A stretch of 64,000 nucleotides of DNA from Euprymna scolopes. Lineage: Eukaryota. The translations under genes and the position numbers were made by a program. The notes beneath the pieces were generated by a model. That model searched no databases, was not told where the DNA came from, and saw only the letters and a program-made list of their open reading frames with translations. The DNA is taken from assembly GCA_053919585.1 (NCBI GenBank), contig CM132801.1, one strand, 5' to 3'. Position 1 is the stretch's first letter; every line of letters starts with the position of its first letter. Of the stretch, positions 26,072 to 39,274 are shown piece by piece.

Positions 26072-26830
26072 CATTTATACGAATGTTTATATATATTTTT
26101 TAAAACTTACACTCTAACCTATCATGGTTTTAACATTATAAAATAAGTTAATATTAAGTAAACTACTGTTGCTTATTCTTAAAAAATATTTTATTTATTA
26201 TTTCTCCCAACGTTTTTGAAGTATAACTTTAATTTGTATGTTTAATAGTATTTTTAATTACTTATTGAATATATTTACCGTTTATATTTTCTTATTTTTA
26301 TGAAAAGTCTTATAATTTTTTTTTATATCATTGCTCGCTCTTTATTATTGCTATCATGATTTTAAACGATAATGACTATCAGTATTATTAGATTACATTA
26401 TTATATATAAGTCTCTATTTCATGTCCATACCTTATATCTTTTCTTTATTTTCTTATTGCTATTTATGTTATAATTAACTCACTAGAAGTATTCACACAA
26501 GCCATCATCAAAGGTTGTTCTTTGAGAATAACTTGTGGTGTTTCCTGGAGTCTGAGTGACAACAAGTTTCCCCAGATTTCCAGTACTCTCCGCCTCCAAA
26601 TGTCGTTGTTAGAGAAAAAAGGAGTCGAATCATTACTTGTCTTATGTTCATTGCGACATAATCTGCTACAACGTGTTGTATCTACGTGTGTAAACATGTG
26701 TAACGATACAATAGTAGTCCATTTATAAAAAAGTCTTTCTGTTATTTTAAAAGACTAGGGGAATGGAAAATGAAAAAAAAGAACGAGGTATTAGGAAAAA
26801 AACAAAAAGGTTGTAGCAAGATGTACACCC

Positions 26831-26889
<59 letters not shown>

Positions 26890-26893
<4 letters not shown>

Positions 26894-26944
26894 TACACAT
26901 ACAGTACTGTTTCGCTGTTTCACAGCTCATCAGTGGGGCTAGAC
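26890..26944 (-). ncRNA. Type I hammerhead (family 3, intact core)
   Basis: CA CTGATGA GCTGT gaa ACAGC GAAA CAGTACTG TA TG; palindrome ACAGTACTGT. Confidence 0.8.
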
Positions 26945-27171
26945 AAGCAATTACCTCGAGCCAGGATCGAGACCCGACTGCCCAAAAAACAGTCGGGGCT
27001 CTTAACCATTGCGCTATTCGACTGTTGCTATGCTGACAGCAAATTAACAATGTTTTGACATTGTCCAAATACCTAAGCTCAATTTGTTTACACAAAGAGC
27101 ATCGCTTAATACGCTAATGGGGACTTGTATATCTCTTCCCAATATTCTCAACCCAAGATAGGGAGCATTAT

Positions 27172-27227
27172 AGTCATCCACAGACAGTACTGGTTCGCTG
27201 TTTCACAGCTCATTAGTGCGGCTAGAC
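27172..27227 (-). ncRNA. Type I hammerhead (family 3, core mutated, stems intact)
   Basis: gtctag CCGCA CTaATGA GCTGT gaa ACAGC GAAc CAGTACTG TC TGTGG atgac; extended bulged stem I. Confidence 0.7.
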
Positions 27228-28434
27228 AAGCAACTACCTCAAGCCAGGATTGAAACCCGACTATATATTTGTGCGTGTGCTATCAAAGAGTAAATCTTTA
27301 ACAAAGTAGAGCTTATCCAGATAAAAAAAAACCAACACTATTAAGAGGAAGAAGCAGTAATATTAAATTAAAAATGAGGAATATGTAAGTTTGTATCATC
27401 AAAACAATAAGAGGAAAATTAAGAAAAAAAAGACATCTTTAGGTAAATGCTTCTCATCAGAAGAGGAAAGTGACCAAACTATACAAAACGCAAATATAGA
27501 AAATACTGGCTTAACGACATTTAGATATGAAATAGGGATATTATCTGACAAAAAAATAATTAAAAGTAGGTACAACAGATAAGAGTAAATCGGAAGGGTA
27601 GTATATAAGTAGGTAATAGCAAAAAGAAAAATATGGTTCACTATGAAATAATGGAGATTATTAAAGAGAAATTGAAAAGCTAGGGAAGAGAGATGAAAAA
27701 GTATAGAAAGAATGAAGGAGGATAAAAAAACAGTAATTATACAGAAATGAATAAATGGATAAAAATAAAAAATATGAAACAATCTGATAGTGGAAAAATA
27801 GGATTAGAAAAATGTTCAAAAAGTTTGAAAAAATCAAATAAAAATGTATATATGCAAGTTTCAGTTCGAAATGCCATGGTCTTAAGGGCTGTTTTATTTT
27901 TACTTTTCCCTGTTACTTTTTCTTCTTGTACAAAACAAATATATATCTTGACAAGGACGAGTTTTTTAGTTGAAATATATCTTTCAATACGATGTTTTTA
28001 TTATTTTTTTTTTGCGTTGGATGGCTTCAAAACGTATTAAAAATTATATATGTATACAAGTTCCAGTTCAAAATGTCATGATCTAAAAAGTTTTTCACAC
28101 TTTTCCTTGTTACTTTCCTTGTTGTTCTGATGATATANNNNNNNNNNNNNNNNNNNNNNNNNNNNNNNNNNNNNNNNNNNNNNNNNNNNNNNNNNNNNNN
28201 NNNNNNNNNNNNNNNNNNNNNNNNNNNNNNNNNNNNNNNNNNNNNNNNNNNNNNNNNNNNNNNNNNNNNNNNNNNNNNAAGGGATACAATTTTAAAACCT
28301 AATATTTATTAGAAATAACAACTGTGAAAAGCTGAAATTTTGACAACTGGTAGTCGTTATCATCCATAATAACATACTAAAATTTGAATCATTTGCAAAA
28401 GATAGAAAAGAATTATAACAATTTTATATATATT

Positions 28435-28516
<82 letters not shown>

Positions 28517-28752
28517 ACGTCACTCAAAACGTTGTTTCGATTGTATGCCCGATCGTAAAATACCTTTGTCGAACTATACCTGCCAAACTCAATTTTTACC
28601 TCTCAGCAGCTCATTTTCCCGGCTAAAAACTAAATTGATGTTGTTCTACAGGTTGGAATATCCAATATACAACGTTTCAAATCTGTAGATTAAAAATTGT
28701 CAGAATATTTTGGTATAGATCGTTCCTCTCACACACAAACAAGATCACCTTA

Positions 28753-28814
<62 letters not shown>

Positions 28815-28820
<6 letters not shown>

Positions 28821-29300
28821 GGCAAACATTATTAAAAACAGCAGAGATACCTTGTTTAATGATTCTTTTTTTCATTTTTTCGATCTTTCATAAAAACTTT
28901 TTAACTTCAAGATGGAAGGTATTTACAAATGTTCCATGGTTTACACGAGCGCTTTCGATTCTTTCTTGAATCATCATCAGGTGGAGACAAAATATTAAAA
29001 ATAGAAGTTAAATATATAGTTACGAATGATAAAAAGAGTCAACGAAAAGTCGCTTAAAATATACATTTACTAGTGATAAAAAACTCGATTAAAAATTAGG
29101 ATGATAAAAGGCAATGTTACTAAAACCAGTCGTATACTGGTTATGCTAAACATTTCAGCACATTATTGCTACTTTCAAAAGTAATGCTATTTATAGATGG
29201 GTGCTGGGTTTTTATATATAGTGCTTCAAGTATTTTTAATTTTTTACAGTTACTTTCTCGTTGCAAAATCATGTGTTGTCCACGAGGACCTTTCCCCCCT
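28815..29300 (-). mobile_element. Penelope-like element 3' end: GIY-YIG C-terminal relic plus pseudo-LTR
   Basis: ORF 29141-29347 contains ILQRESNCKKLKILEALYIKTQHPSIN, typical of the PLE GIY-YIG C-terminus; hammerhead ~160 nt downstream. Confidence 0.85.
28944..28983 (-). ncRNA. Minimal type I hammerhead in Penelope pLTR
   Basis: CAC CTGATGA t GATTC aagaaa GAATC GAAA GCGC TC GTG; palindrome AGCGCT. Confidence 0.9.
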
Positions 29301-32300
29301 CTAATCTTAGAAAGGTCCTTTTTTTTCACGACACAATGTTCTATCATTATTGCTAAGCGATGACATGGAAAAAATGGCTTTAACGATGATAGATAAATTA
29401 AAATAACGGTTTCAATTATCGATCATCGGTAATTATCGGGGGTATTCTGAAACAAAACTTAAAATCACCTCCAGACTTATATATTAAAGTTCTGGTAATT
29501 TTAAAGAAAACCTGTTCAGCCGTTTTTGTGTCTATAAGGAACGAACTCACACACACACACACACACACACAAAGTTGCATTTATATAATTGTAGAGATAG
29601 AGATACAGATAATCAGTGCGCAGTTCTATCCTACAGGTTTCAGGTGATGTTCGACGGCGAAGCAAACAGCCTGGCTAGCGTGCGCCAGACACATTAGAAA
29701 AGACTTTAGCAGGCGAGAGATGAGAGAAAAAAGGGTTAGACTAGAGCGTTAGGACACTTTGCCGTGCACGCTTGACACCAGGCATCGTTGCAAGACCGAC
29801 AATAGGACAATCTCTTTCAGCAAACCTCTCAATCGTCGGTTAGCGTGCGTAGCCTCGCTTTCAGTTTCCTCCTTTCTCCGCTCCTCCTGCTATTCCTTTT
29901 TATTATATCACTACTCTTCAAAGATGTGTTTCCTTACCCACGCCATTTTTGTTTGTAGTTGCTACGAATTGATAATATTAGCTGTGTTATTGTTAACGCC
30001 GTTGTTTCCTCTGCCGGTTGTTTTAATACTTGCGCTAGGCATTTATTAGTTTGGTTTATAGCTTGTTTGTTTTCTTCTTTTGCTTTCGTTCTATTTTGTT
30101 TCTTTAAAGCGTATTTCTTGATGCCTATGCTAATGGCGCGGTCGTGATTCTCGCCTACGTTTATATATTTGGACGAAAACTCTGTTAACAAAAAGACCGT
30201 TACTATAACTTTATATTCTACTCTTTTGTTTTGTTTTTGTACTATTTGGTTACCGCTTATCAAGATCAGGAGCCACTCAAGGACAAGAGCTAATGATACA
30301 TAAATAATTACCAACTGAAAAATGAGGAACACTATTGGAGTATCAACATTGATCCATTTTTATTTGTGGGGTAGTTTTTTACAAGAATTTGTAGACATTG
30401 GATTTGAAGAATATCAAGTTGTGATTAGCAAAGAAGCAGTCACAGTGGAATGTGTTCCTAAAACGGGAACTTCTTACAAATAATGTTTGTCCGTGAAATT
30501 TTCCTCTGATGCTAGTCATATAAAGAGAGAAAGGAAAGTTTTTTTTCTCTTGTGTTAGTAAAACGAGTTCTTGCTGCGAATGTCTTGCAAAAAAGGAATC
30601 AAAAATTGAAGTTCATTTAACATATCAACTGAGTTTTACTGTGGCATCATTGCGGCAACCTATGACCTGTCCTGACCCTTCTTCGTTGAGATGAGGTATG
30701 GTCTTGCTTCGTCCCGTGAGGTGCATCAATCCAGGCATTACCTACTTCTTCTAATTGGATGAAGTAATTAGTTTATTGTAAACCCCCTGACATGCCCCTG
30801 CCAGGAATACTGATACCCGCCCTTTGCTATTTTTGTGCTTGGCTAGAGCGATAGGAAGCGAGCAAATACAACAACAAAGTTAGACTTGGAAATTTTGCCT
30901 TAACGTTGTTTTTTTTGTTTTTTAATATTATAAATCATCTATAATAATTTGCATATTATGAACAGAATATCCTATTCAGTTTTTTTCTCAGCGAGGGTAA
31001 AGTTAGGCAAATGTTTACTTTTTTATGTGAAGACTAGCGGGGCGGGGGGGCTTTGTCCAGGCGTAAAATACGCTTGAATATGATATTTTAATTTGTCCCA
31101 GATTTCGTATATATTATTATAGAGTTGTGATTTCAAAAGTAAAAAAGAAGTATTTAAATGCCATCAGCTAGAATTGAAAGTAGCATCCAAAGCTGGTGAT
31201 GTTACCACTGTACTAATAAGAGATACGCATATAAACCGATTAAAAATTAAAAATAAACTAAGATGAGTGTAGAAAATCTTTAATGATGTTTTCAATTTTG
31301 ACCAATTTTTGACCCTTTAAAAAAAATATAAACGGCTCAAGACCCATAAAAAGAACGGTTCATTAAAATTTAAATCATTTGATGCCCCTAACGCCGCTAT
31401 GCGACTTTTAGTTTCGGAGGAGATAGAGTTTGAAAATATCAAGACAGACAGGCCAACAGATAGACAGATATTTATTTTATATATAACATTTATAACGTTT
31501 ATTTATATATAACAAAGATTCCAAAATTTGAAATACTGCGCGTGAAGGTCGGAAAGTACATCGGTCGAAACGTAGTAAAACTAGCAACGAACGTAGGAAT
31601 CGTAGTCCAAATAATCCAAATAATTGTAGGATTATGTAGAAGAAAAATTTAAAAATGTGATTATTAAGATTACAGCCATAGCTCACCCCCTTCCACCACC
31701 ACCACCACCATTCATTTATATATTAAGAGTAGTTGGAGGTTGTGTCTGTCTCTTTCTCACTACGGGAGGATGTAACACCAGGTAAGAAGGTGAGAATTGA
31801 AAAAAACAAGAAGTGTGTTTACTCTGAACCATAAAAATGCCTGAGCAACAACGTCAGCATTTCATGGTGGGGACGCTTCAGGCGATTACTAATACACTAA
31901 CCACTTTTCAAAGAGAAAAGGTAATGCGTGAAATGACGGACCTTCTAGAATTACACTTTATCATACCTCATACCTCATTCAACAGATGCAAGGTAACCAC
32001 ATACTATCTGCATTCAGTTGGTGTTCATCTGGCAGAATCTGGTCCATTGAAGATTGGTTAGAGATTATTTTTGTACCGCTTTTCAATAAAACATTTGTGT
32101 CTTGATATACTATGTATCGATTGGTAGGTCGGTCAGTCGGTCACGCTTAACATGTAAACAGCATTTATAGATTCATCCACGCATTACAATAAGAGGTCCT
32201 GTATGTCCAAGCCGCGTAAAATAGAATGATCATCTATTAAGAATGCCCGTTCCTTTTTGTTTTCTTTTCTTTTTATCATTTTAAAACCATATAATAATGT

Positions 32301-33372
32301 TTTTCCAAGTCTTCCTTACCTCCCTCCACCGAAGCCCCTATCATTCTTTTTTCCTCCCCTTTGAATCCGCCCTCCACCACGCCATTCTCATTGGTGGACA
32401 GCGTCCTTTGAAAAGGGCAAGATTTCCCGCGCCTTTATTGTTCTGCGTCCGCTCGTTTATTAAGCGAAGTTTATTGTGATGACGTAGTTGAGCTAATTGA
32501 TTCTTTACATTCATTCCGTGAGTGTCTTTTCGAAATTGACAACATACATTGGCAGTCATGCGTCTTAATAGACCTTATATTGCTGGATAGGACACAATCT
32601 GTATCACCGTTCCCAACGTAGTTTCTGTGTTCCACAAGACGCACTTTAAAAACACACATACGCACGTGTATGCATAGTATAAGTTTATATTTATAAAAAC
32701 ATTGTTGCTATATATGTGCATACGTGAGTCAACTACGATCTTATTCAAAGTGTAGTTTCTTCGGGCGACTAATAGGAATCTTTTCTGTCAGTGGAATGAA
32801 AAATAAAAAGAATACGTCGGAGCTGAGACGTGTATGTTTATATCGATACACATTTATACTAAATCTAGTAAGCCGTTCGGCATTGCCCGGTCTTGAAATA
32901 CACATAAATATTTTTGAATTTATACAGATTTAATAGTATTATAATTATAGAGCCAATTCTCTACTGATTGTTTTGTATTAGTGATTTGAAAATGTTTAAA
33001 AAAATAATGATTTCGGTGACATCAGCTAAAATCGAAACTAAAACCTATAACTTTCCAACATAATTCGTTATCATTTGAGCTTAGTCCATACGCATATAAA
33101 ACTTTAAAAAATAATGTTATTAAATGTATACATATATATTTCCGCATGCGTAAAAATAACACGGTTAGTCGACTTACGCCAGTCAGGTTCCATTTTTTTT
33201 TTTTAATTTTAACCTCTAAGCAGCATTTTTTTTTTATCCAAATAAAACTTGTTCTATAAGTCCAAATCTCTTATTTATAAAGTCTGTAGACCAAAAATTG
33301 ACAGAGTAGTTTGGTAGAGACCGTTTCACACACAGACAGAAAAACAAGGTCACATCCATATATATATGTATG

Positions 33373-33409
<37 letters not shown>

Positions 33410-33441
33410 AGAAAGATAAATAGAAAGATAGATAGATAGAT

Positions 33442-34110
33442 ATGTTACATGATAAGGGCTATTCCCTTTTCATGTAAGTAAAAATAAAGAGAATTAGTTA
33501 AATGAAAATGATATCAGATAAAACGAGGATTGAACCATGTAGATAGGTTTTAAAGAACAATAGGTTTAAATAGAATGACCAGTTAAATTATTGATTCTGT
33601 TAAAATATTTCATGAATACAATTTGGATGGAAAAAACTATTCACATTCTTAGAAAGAATGCATAATAAAAATATCGGTTACAGAATTAACAAGTAGGTTA
33701 AAATTCATGGTCGTCAGAAATGGTTTCAAAAACGTGCAAATCGCGCATGCTTGATACACGTGAATTGTGGTCACGTTGCTGTGACGTCATGGCAGGAATG
33801 ATTTCTCAATATAGGGAAGGGTTCAAATTTAGTTAGAGAAGAAGAGAATCAGATCAGTCAGACCAGAGAAACAGAGAGGTTCAGACCGATTCTCGGTTAG
33901 AGTCAGGGCACCCTCTGGGAAGCGAGAGGTTTAGAGGTAACCATGTAAACAAGTTTGAATCCCTGAAATGAAGCAATCATTTCCGACCGGTCGAAAAATA
34001 AACAACTTCATCTTTTTATATCTGCGTCTTCTTGTTATGTTTTCAACAGAAAAGGTATTGTCCATTATGTTATAAGAACTTGTGAAAATCATCATCTCAA
34101 AAATAGGTAA
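33442..34110 (+). mobile_element. LTR-like repeat (paralog of 6813-7713)
   Basis: Starts TGTTACA; shared internal blocks and AATAAA; right boundary uncertain. Confidence 0.4.
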
Positions 34111-34257
34111 GAAATATTATATGTACAACTGTGAAACGTAAATGCCAAACGCACTATCTCTCAGTCTATCTATCAATATATCATAAATCTCATCTCATTA
34201 AATTACATACTCGGCTCACTTGTATTAACATGAACACTGTCTATTATATATACAGAA

Positions 34258-34293
<36 letters not shown>

Positions 34294-34482
34294 TGATATA
34301 TGCGCGATATATTTGCACACAACATGAACACACTAAGACTCTTACTAACATGAACAACAACAATACACACATCTAAAATATAATCCCATGCAGATAAAGC
34401 TCTCTCTCTGTTATTGTGCACTATCTTATAAAGCTGTTACTCAGAGGGATCAACACCTATTAACTAAATACCCTGCAAACGT

Positions 34483-34554
<72 letters not shown>

Positions 34555-34611
34555 TATGTTTTTAACTCTTTTTCAAGATGTCTTTTAACATGTTTTATTA
34601 ATCATTTGTTC

Positions 34612-34645
<34 letters not shown>

Positions 34646-34770
34646 ATAATTATAAAGAAACGTGTAGTGCTAATGCATATTTCAATATAATTTATTTTCA
34701 AAATGCCACAATTAATCAAACTTAATTATGAATTTACACTTTCAGAGCATATATATATATATATATATAT

Positions 34771-34805
<35 letters not shown>

Positions 34806-35225
34806 TTAGCATAGGCGTCCGGCGTTGCCCGGGTGTTTGGATGTGTATGTTGAGCAAAAGAAAAAAAGTGGTAGTAGGAAGACAGGCTCGAACCCGTACC
34901 GCAAAGGAGGAAAAGAACGGGGTAAAACCTGACGTTTATGCTGTTTCGACCACCGCCAAACCGGAAGCGACATTTTTTTTTTAAATTAAGGCTAGACAAT
35001 CTAAAGGAGAAAATAACTTTTAAAAATATCGGCTAAAAAAAGTGACACCCCGTGTAGAAAAGTGCATAGTTGAAGGCGAAGATATTCATGTTTTTAGCCA
35101 ATGTTTCGATATTTGTCGTATGAAAGATCGAACTTTAAAACGATACTGATCTTCGTAAAATCCGTCGCATCTATTGAAAGTTTAATGAAGACATGCAAAC
35201 AGACATACATACATACATTCATATA
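34806..35225 (+). mobile_element. Helitron-like repeat family B
   Basis: ttagcataggcgtccggcgttgcccgggtgtttgg head, (CATA)n tail. Confidence 0.6.
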
Positions 35226-35229
35226 TTAG

Positions 35230-35677
35230 TAACTAAAATTTTTCGACCCAAACTGATGAAAAAGCTTGCCCTACCTCTGAATATCCTTTATGTAAAATTT
35301 CAAATATTTAGACCAGAAATTGTCTGAGTAATTTGGAAGAAACCGCAGAGGTCAATTTATTTTAACTTTGGACCCTATTATGACCTCTTAAAATTTATTG
35401 TTTTGGACTCAAATCAAGTTATTAAGTTAGATCCATGTCCAAGGAACCTATATCTAAAATTTCTAGTGCGTAGACCAAAAATTGTCGGAGGAGTGTGGTA
35501 GAGTTCTCAAAGGTAAAAAGGTTGAACTTTGACCTCTTAATCACTAAATTTCTGGCATTTTCCCAAATCTCAGTACCCTGTATATCAAATTTCGAGTCTG
35601 TAGACTAAAAATTGACAGAGTTATTGCGTAGGGAAATGTACACAGACACACAGACACACAGATACACGATATGTTCA

Positions 35678-35685
<8 letters not shown>
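35230..35685 (+). mobile_element. Helitron-like repeat family A (partial)
   Basis: Same subrepeats and acacagac..ttcactttta tail as 10730-11465. Confidence 0.55.
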
Positions 35686-35724
<39 letters not shown>

Positions 35725-35790
35725 AGTAAACATACCAAACTAAAGATGCATTACATCACACTTATTTTATTTTATTAGGAGTATAGTTCG

Positions 35791-35843
35791 TCTTACATGT
35801 GTTTCGTTAAATGTTGAAAATTCACCAAACAACTCATCAGAGA
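35791..35843 (-). ncRNA. Type I hammerhead motif with long loop II (pLTR-like family 5)
   Basis: TCT CTGATGA GTT...AAC GAAA CACaTG TA AGA. Confidence 0.7.
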
Positions 35844-36040
35844 TAGATTTATGTTTTTGAAAAAAAGACATAGATATTTTTTAATCTGATTGAATTTAGG
35901 GTTGTTATTATAATTAATATTTACAAATAACCTCTCCTAGATTTATAAATGATTTACTGCCTTCAGTCATTTTCTTAGCCTAAATATAAAACTCATGAAT
36001 GTGGCTTAGATTGTACTGAATTCAAATATGGCGATATATA

Positions 36041-37599
36041 CACTGCATGTCAAATTGTTAATGAGATAACGTTTTTTTACCAATTTTAGAAACTTATCGG
36101 TAGTTTCGTATCAAAAGCTTCGGAAACGTTGGCAATGCTGAGCTGCGTGTACTGTAAAATTTTCGTACTGTTCCGAGCAATGAAAACAACTTGCCATCGT
36201 AATTGCTGAATCCACGGAATTTGAAGTGTGTCAAATTATTAACAAGGCAGTTTGTTTCGTCAATAAAATGGGTCGTAAAGACAGTTTGAGTAGTTCTGAA
36301 AAGAGTACTATTACAGAACAGCTAGCAAAAGGTAAAAATACCCTCGAAATATCGAAAATGATAGGAAGGTACCATCAAACTGTGAAGAACTTTGTCAAGA
36401 ACCCTACAAAGGTACTAAAGAGAGTTGATAAAGGTTAATCTAGAGTTCTCTACTCCAAATTAAACGTGAATTTGTTAAGAACCTTGGGCAGACAAGTCGG
36501 GAAGTCTTTGACCAAGCCGGATTGAAGAATGTCTAAAAAAGTACTCGATGTCGCCTTCTGAAAAGAAGTGGCAAAGTCGGTTAAGCCCGTGACAAAGCCT
36601 TCATTAAAGCAATATCATATACAAAACCGATTGAAATTGGCAGATGACAACATTAAAACGGAGTTTTCCAAAGTTTAGTTCACGGATGAAGTGCGTATGT
36701 GTCTTGATGGCCCAGACGGCTGGAGCAAAAGATGGATCCTAGATGGACGACATCTTCATCAGCGTTTAAGGCGCCAACAAGGTGGCGGTGGGATAATAAT
36801 TTGGGCTGTGATTATCGGAGATATTTAGTTGGCCCATAGAGAGTCCCAGAAGGCGTAAAAATGACATCAAATGCTTACATAGCTTTTCTGAAGGAGCACT
36901 TTGAACCATGGCTGAATAAGCAAAGGTTGACGTTCAGAAGAACTATTGTTTTTATGCGTGATAATGCTCCCTCGCATGCAGCAAACAAAAGCAAAGAGTA
37001 TTTGCAACAACTGGGGTTCTCTGGGCTACGGAAGATGGAGTGGTCTGCGAATTCACCAGATTTGAACCCAATTGAAAACCTTTGGAGTATCATGAAGTGA
37101 CACTTCTATACAAGAGGACGCCACTTTAAGAGCAAAGATGAGTTGTGAGATGCTCTCCAAGAGGTATCGCGAGGAATAACTGTTGCCGAATTCACAAATG
37201 TGACTAATTCTGTGGACAAACGTCTTTTACAAGTCATTCATAAAAAAGGACCGCATATTCCCGACTAATTATGTCAACATAGAAATTGCTTTGTAGTTAT
37301 TGTGTTCTAAGCATTTTTCCTAGTTCATTTAATGTTTGAAAATTATTTCAATAAAAAAGTTATGACTATATTGTGTTTTTTCTCAACCTCATTCATAACT
37401 TGACACATCGAAATCAGCAGCTATTCCTATCTATATATACCTATATAGTTTTGCTAATACTCATTGAAATACTTTTATTTTCTGACTGGAGTAGCTGAAT
37501 AGTATTGTAAGCACTTCCTCAAAGTTTCATAAATTTTTATTCACTGGTTCCTTAAATATTAAAAAAAATGTATACTCGTTAATAATTTGATACGCAGTT
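36041..37599 (+). mobile_element. Tc1-like (DD34E) transposon, full length, transposase pseudogene ~36268-37268
   Basis: Imperfect TIRs cactgcatgtcaaattgttaatgag / ctcgttaataatttgatacgcagtt flanked by TA. Motifs FTDE, DNAPSH, SPDLNPIENLW; several stops. Confidence 0.93.
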
Positions 37600-37806
37600 T
37601 AAATAATGAGTCTTCTCGTGTGCACTGGATTCCAAAGCGTGATTTTTTTTTTTTACTCAAGAAGGGTTCAAACAAATTATATAACAACTAAGATTTTTAT
37701 CCTTATGACTTTAAAGGGTTACTGTTTCCTCCCATCATTTTTTTTTTCTTTTTAAACTAAGGAAAACATCTCTAACTGTATCTTTTTACAGAGGAACATA
37801 GATCAG

Positions 37807-37859
37807 TTTCTGGTGAGCTTTTCGGTGAATTTCCACGATTTAACGAAACACGTGTCAGG
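37807..37859 (+). ncRNA. Type I hammerhead motif, family 5 (A6>G)
   Basis: ttt CTGgTGA GcT...AAC GAAA CACGTG TC agg; palindrome ACACGTGT. Confidence 0.6.
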
Positions 37860-38359
37860 CGAAGTATACTACTAAAATAAAATGAGCGCGATGTAAATGC
37901 AATTTTGGTTTGGTATTTTTACTTCCGATATCTGTACTATTATATAAAAGAAACTATATCTGTGTGTGTGAAAATGCCCACATTTTCTTTGGTTCCATAT
38001 GGACTCCATAATGGCTGGGCCAATTTTTTCACATAATTAAGCGATTGTGATTAAACTTAGCATCTTATACAACATAATACAAAAAAATGAAAAATCAACC
38101 TATAAACAAAAAGCGAAAAGTTGCTAAATGTATCGTATNNNNNNNNNNNNNNNNNNNNNNNNNNNNNNNNNNNNNNNNNNNNNNNNNNNNNNNNNNNNNN
38201 NNNNNNNNNNNNNNNNNNNNNNNNNNNNNNNNNNNNNNNNNNNNNNNNNNNNNNNNNNNNNNNNNNNNNNNNNNNNTCTTTTTCGATGAATACTACGAAA
38301 CATCTTTGATGATGCTGTGACTTGAGCATAAAATTATTTAGACAAGAGTTTCGCAATCT

Positions 38360-38560
38360 ACAACCACACTTCTCGTGAGTCGGCACCATTAACTACCAAT
38401 AGCAGGTACAAATTTCAGGATGACTGGAAACAATATAGAGATAAGCGGAGCGCACATACAGTGCCTGCTATTTTTAAACAGTCACCATCTGGTACTGGCC
38501 AGGCTCATCCTTGCTTAACTTCGGTGATCTAATGATAATCGATATGTTAACGTAATTATG

Positions 38561-38565
<5 letters not shown>
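38360..38565 (-). mobile_element. 5S-derived SINE (SINE3-like)
   Basis: Degenerate 5S head 38457-38565 plus a ~100 bp body shared with 43780-43874. Confidence 0.75.
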
Positions 38566-38631
<66 letters not shown>

Positions 38632-39228
38632 AGAGAGAAGATGAGGTAGATGGCGACAATAAGTAGTTTTCGACTAACAAGTACCTTAATATTTGATAAA
38701 AATCACCCTAGTCTCAAATATCCTAACATTTAACCAAACAAAACATATATTCGATAACTTTATATAAATAGCACCAAAGTTTTTATCTCATAAACAAAAG
38801 GAATCTAAATGGATTTTAAAACTGAACACAGAAACCAGGTCGGAAGTTCGATGAATGTGTGTTTTTTAACAATTTTACAGTTAGAAATATCTAGTTTTGA
38901 CAACACATACTTTTTGATGTGATCTAATATGGCTGGAAGATATAACACAAACAAAAAGTACAGAAGTAATCGCTGACAGTGGTTGCTTTTGCACGTCGTT
39001 TCTTTTCTCGCTTTGACTTATTGGCGATAAGAACTCTATTCATAGAGCCAGTAAGAGTCCACAAAAGTATGATAAATTATTATAACACACCCTGTTTATA
39101 TTTTTGTACATTTATTTATTTGAGGACTGTTATTCTCATCTTCATAGTTATGATTGCTTAATCAATAGTTATTATAATTACTGGGAGAACATTTTACAAA
39201 CTTCAATATTCTTTTTCCGTCGCGTTAA

Positions 39229-39274
39229 TCACCTGAAAAAACGGCCAGAGAATGAGCTGCCCGAAAAGTAGCGA
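39229..39274 (+). ncRNA. Degenerate type I hammerhead (family 4, copy 1)
   Basis: TCAC CTGAAaA..GGcCAG agaatgag CTGcCC GAAA agTA GcGA. Confidence 0.5.

Larger units (their letters stand above)
26885..27262 (-). mobile_element. Tandem tRNA-headed hammerhead repeat (family 3), unit 283 bp
   Basis: 26901 repeats at 27184. A box TAGCGCAATGG (27006-27016), B-box-like GGTCTCGATCC (26964-26974), 8-bp hairpin between them. Confidence 0.8.

Noticed and set aside
27446-27465. 20-nt reverse-complement match to the 6077 hammerhead (ctcttctgatgagaagcatt)
   Set aside because: Lacks the stem II partner, GAAA and the cleavage site; at most a fragment or coincidence.
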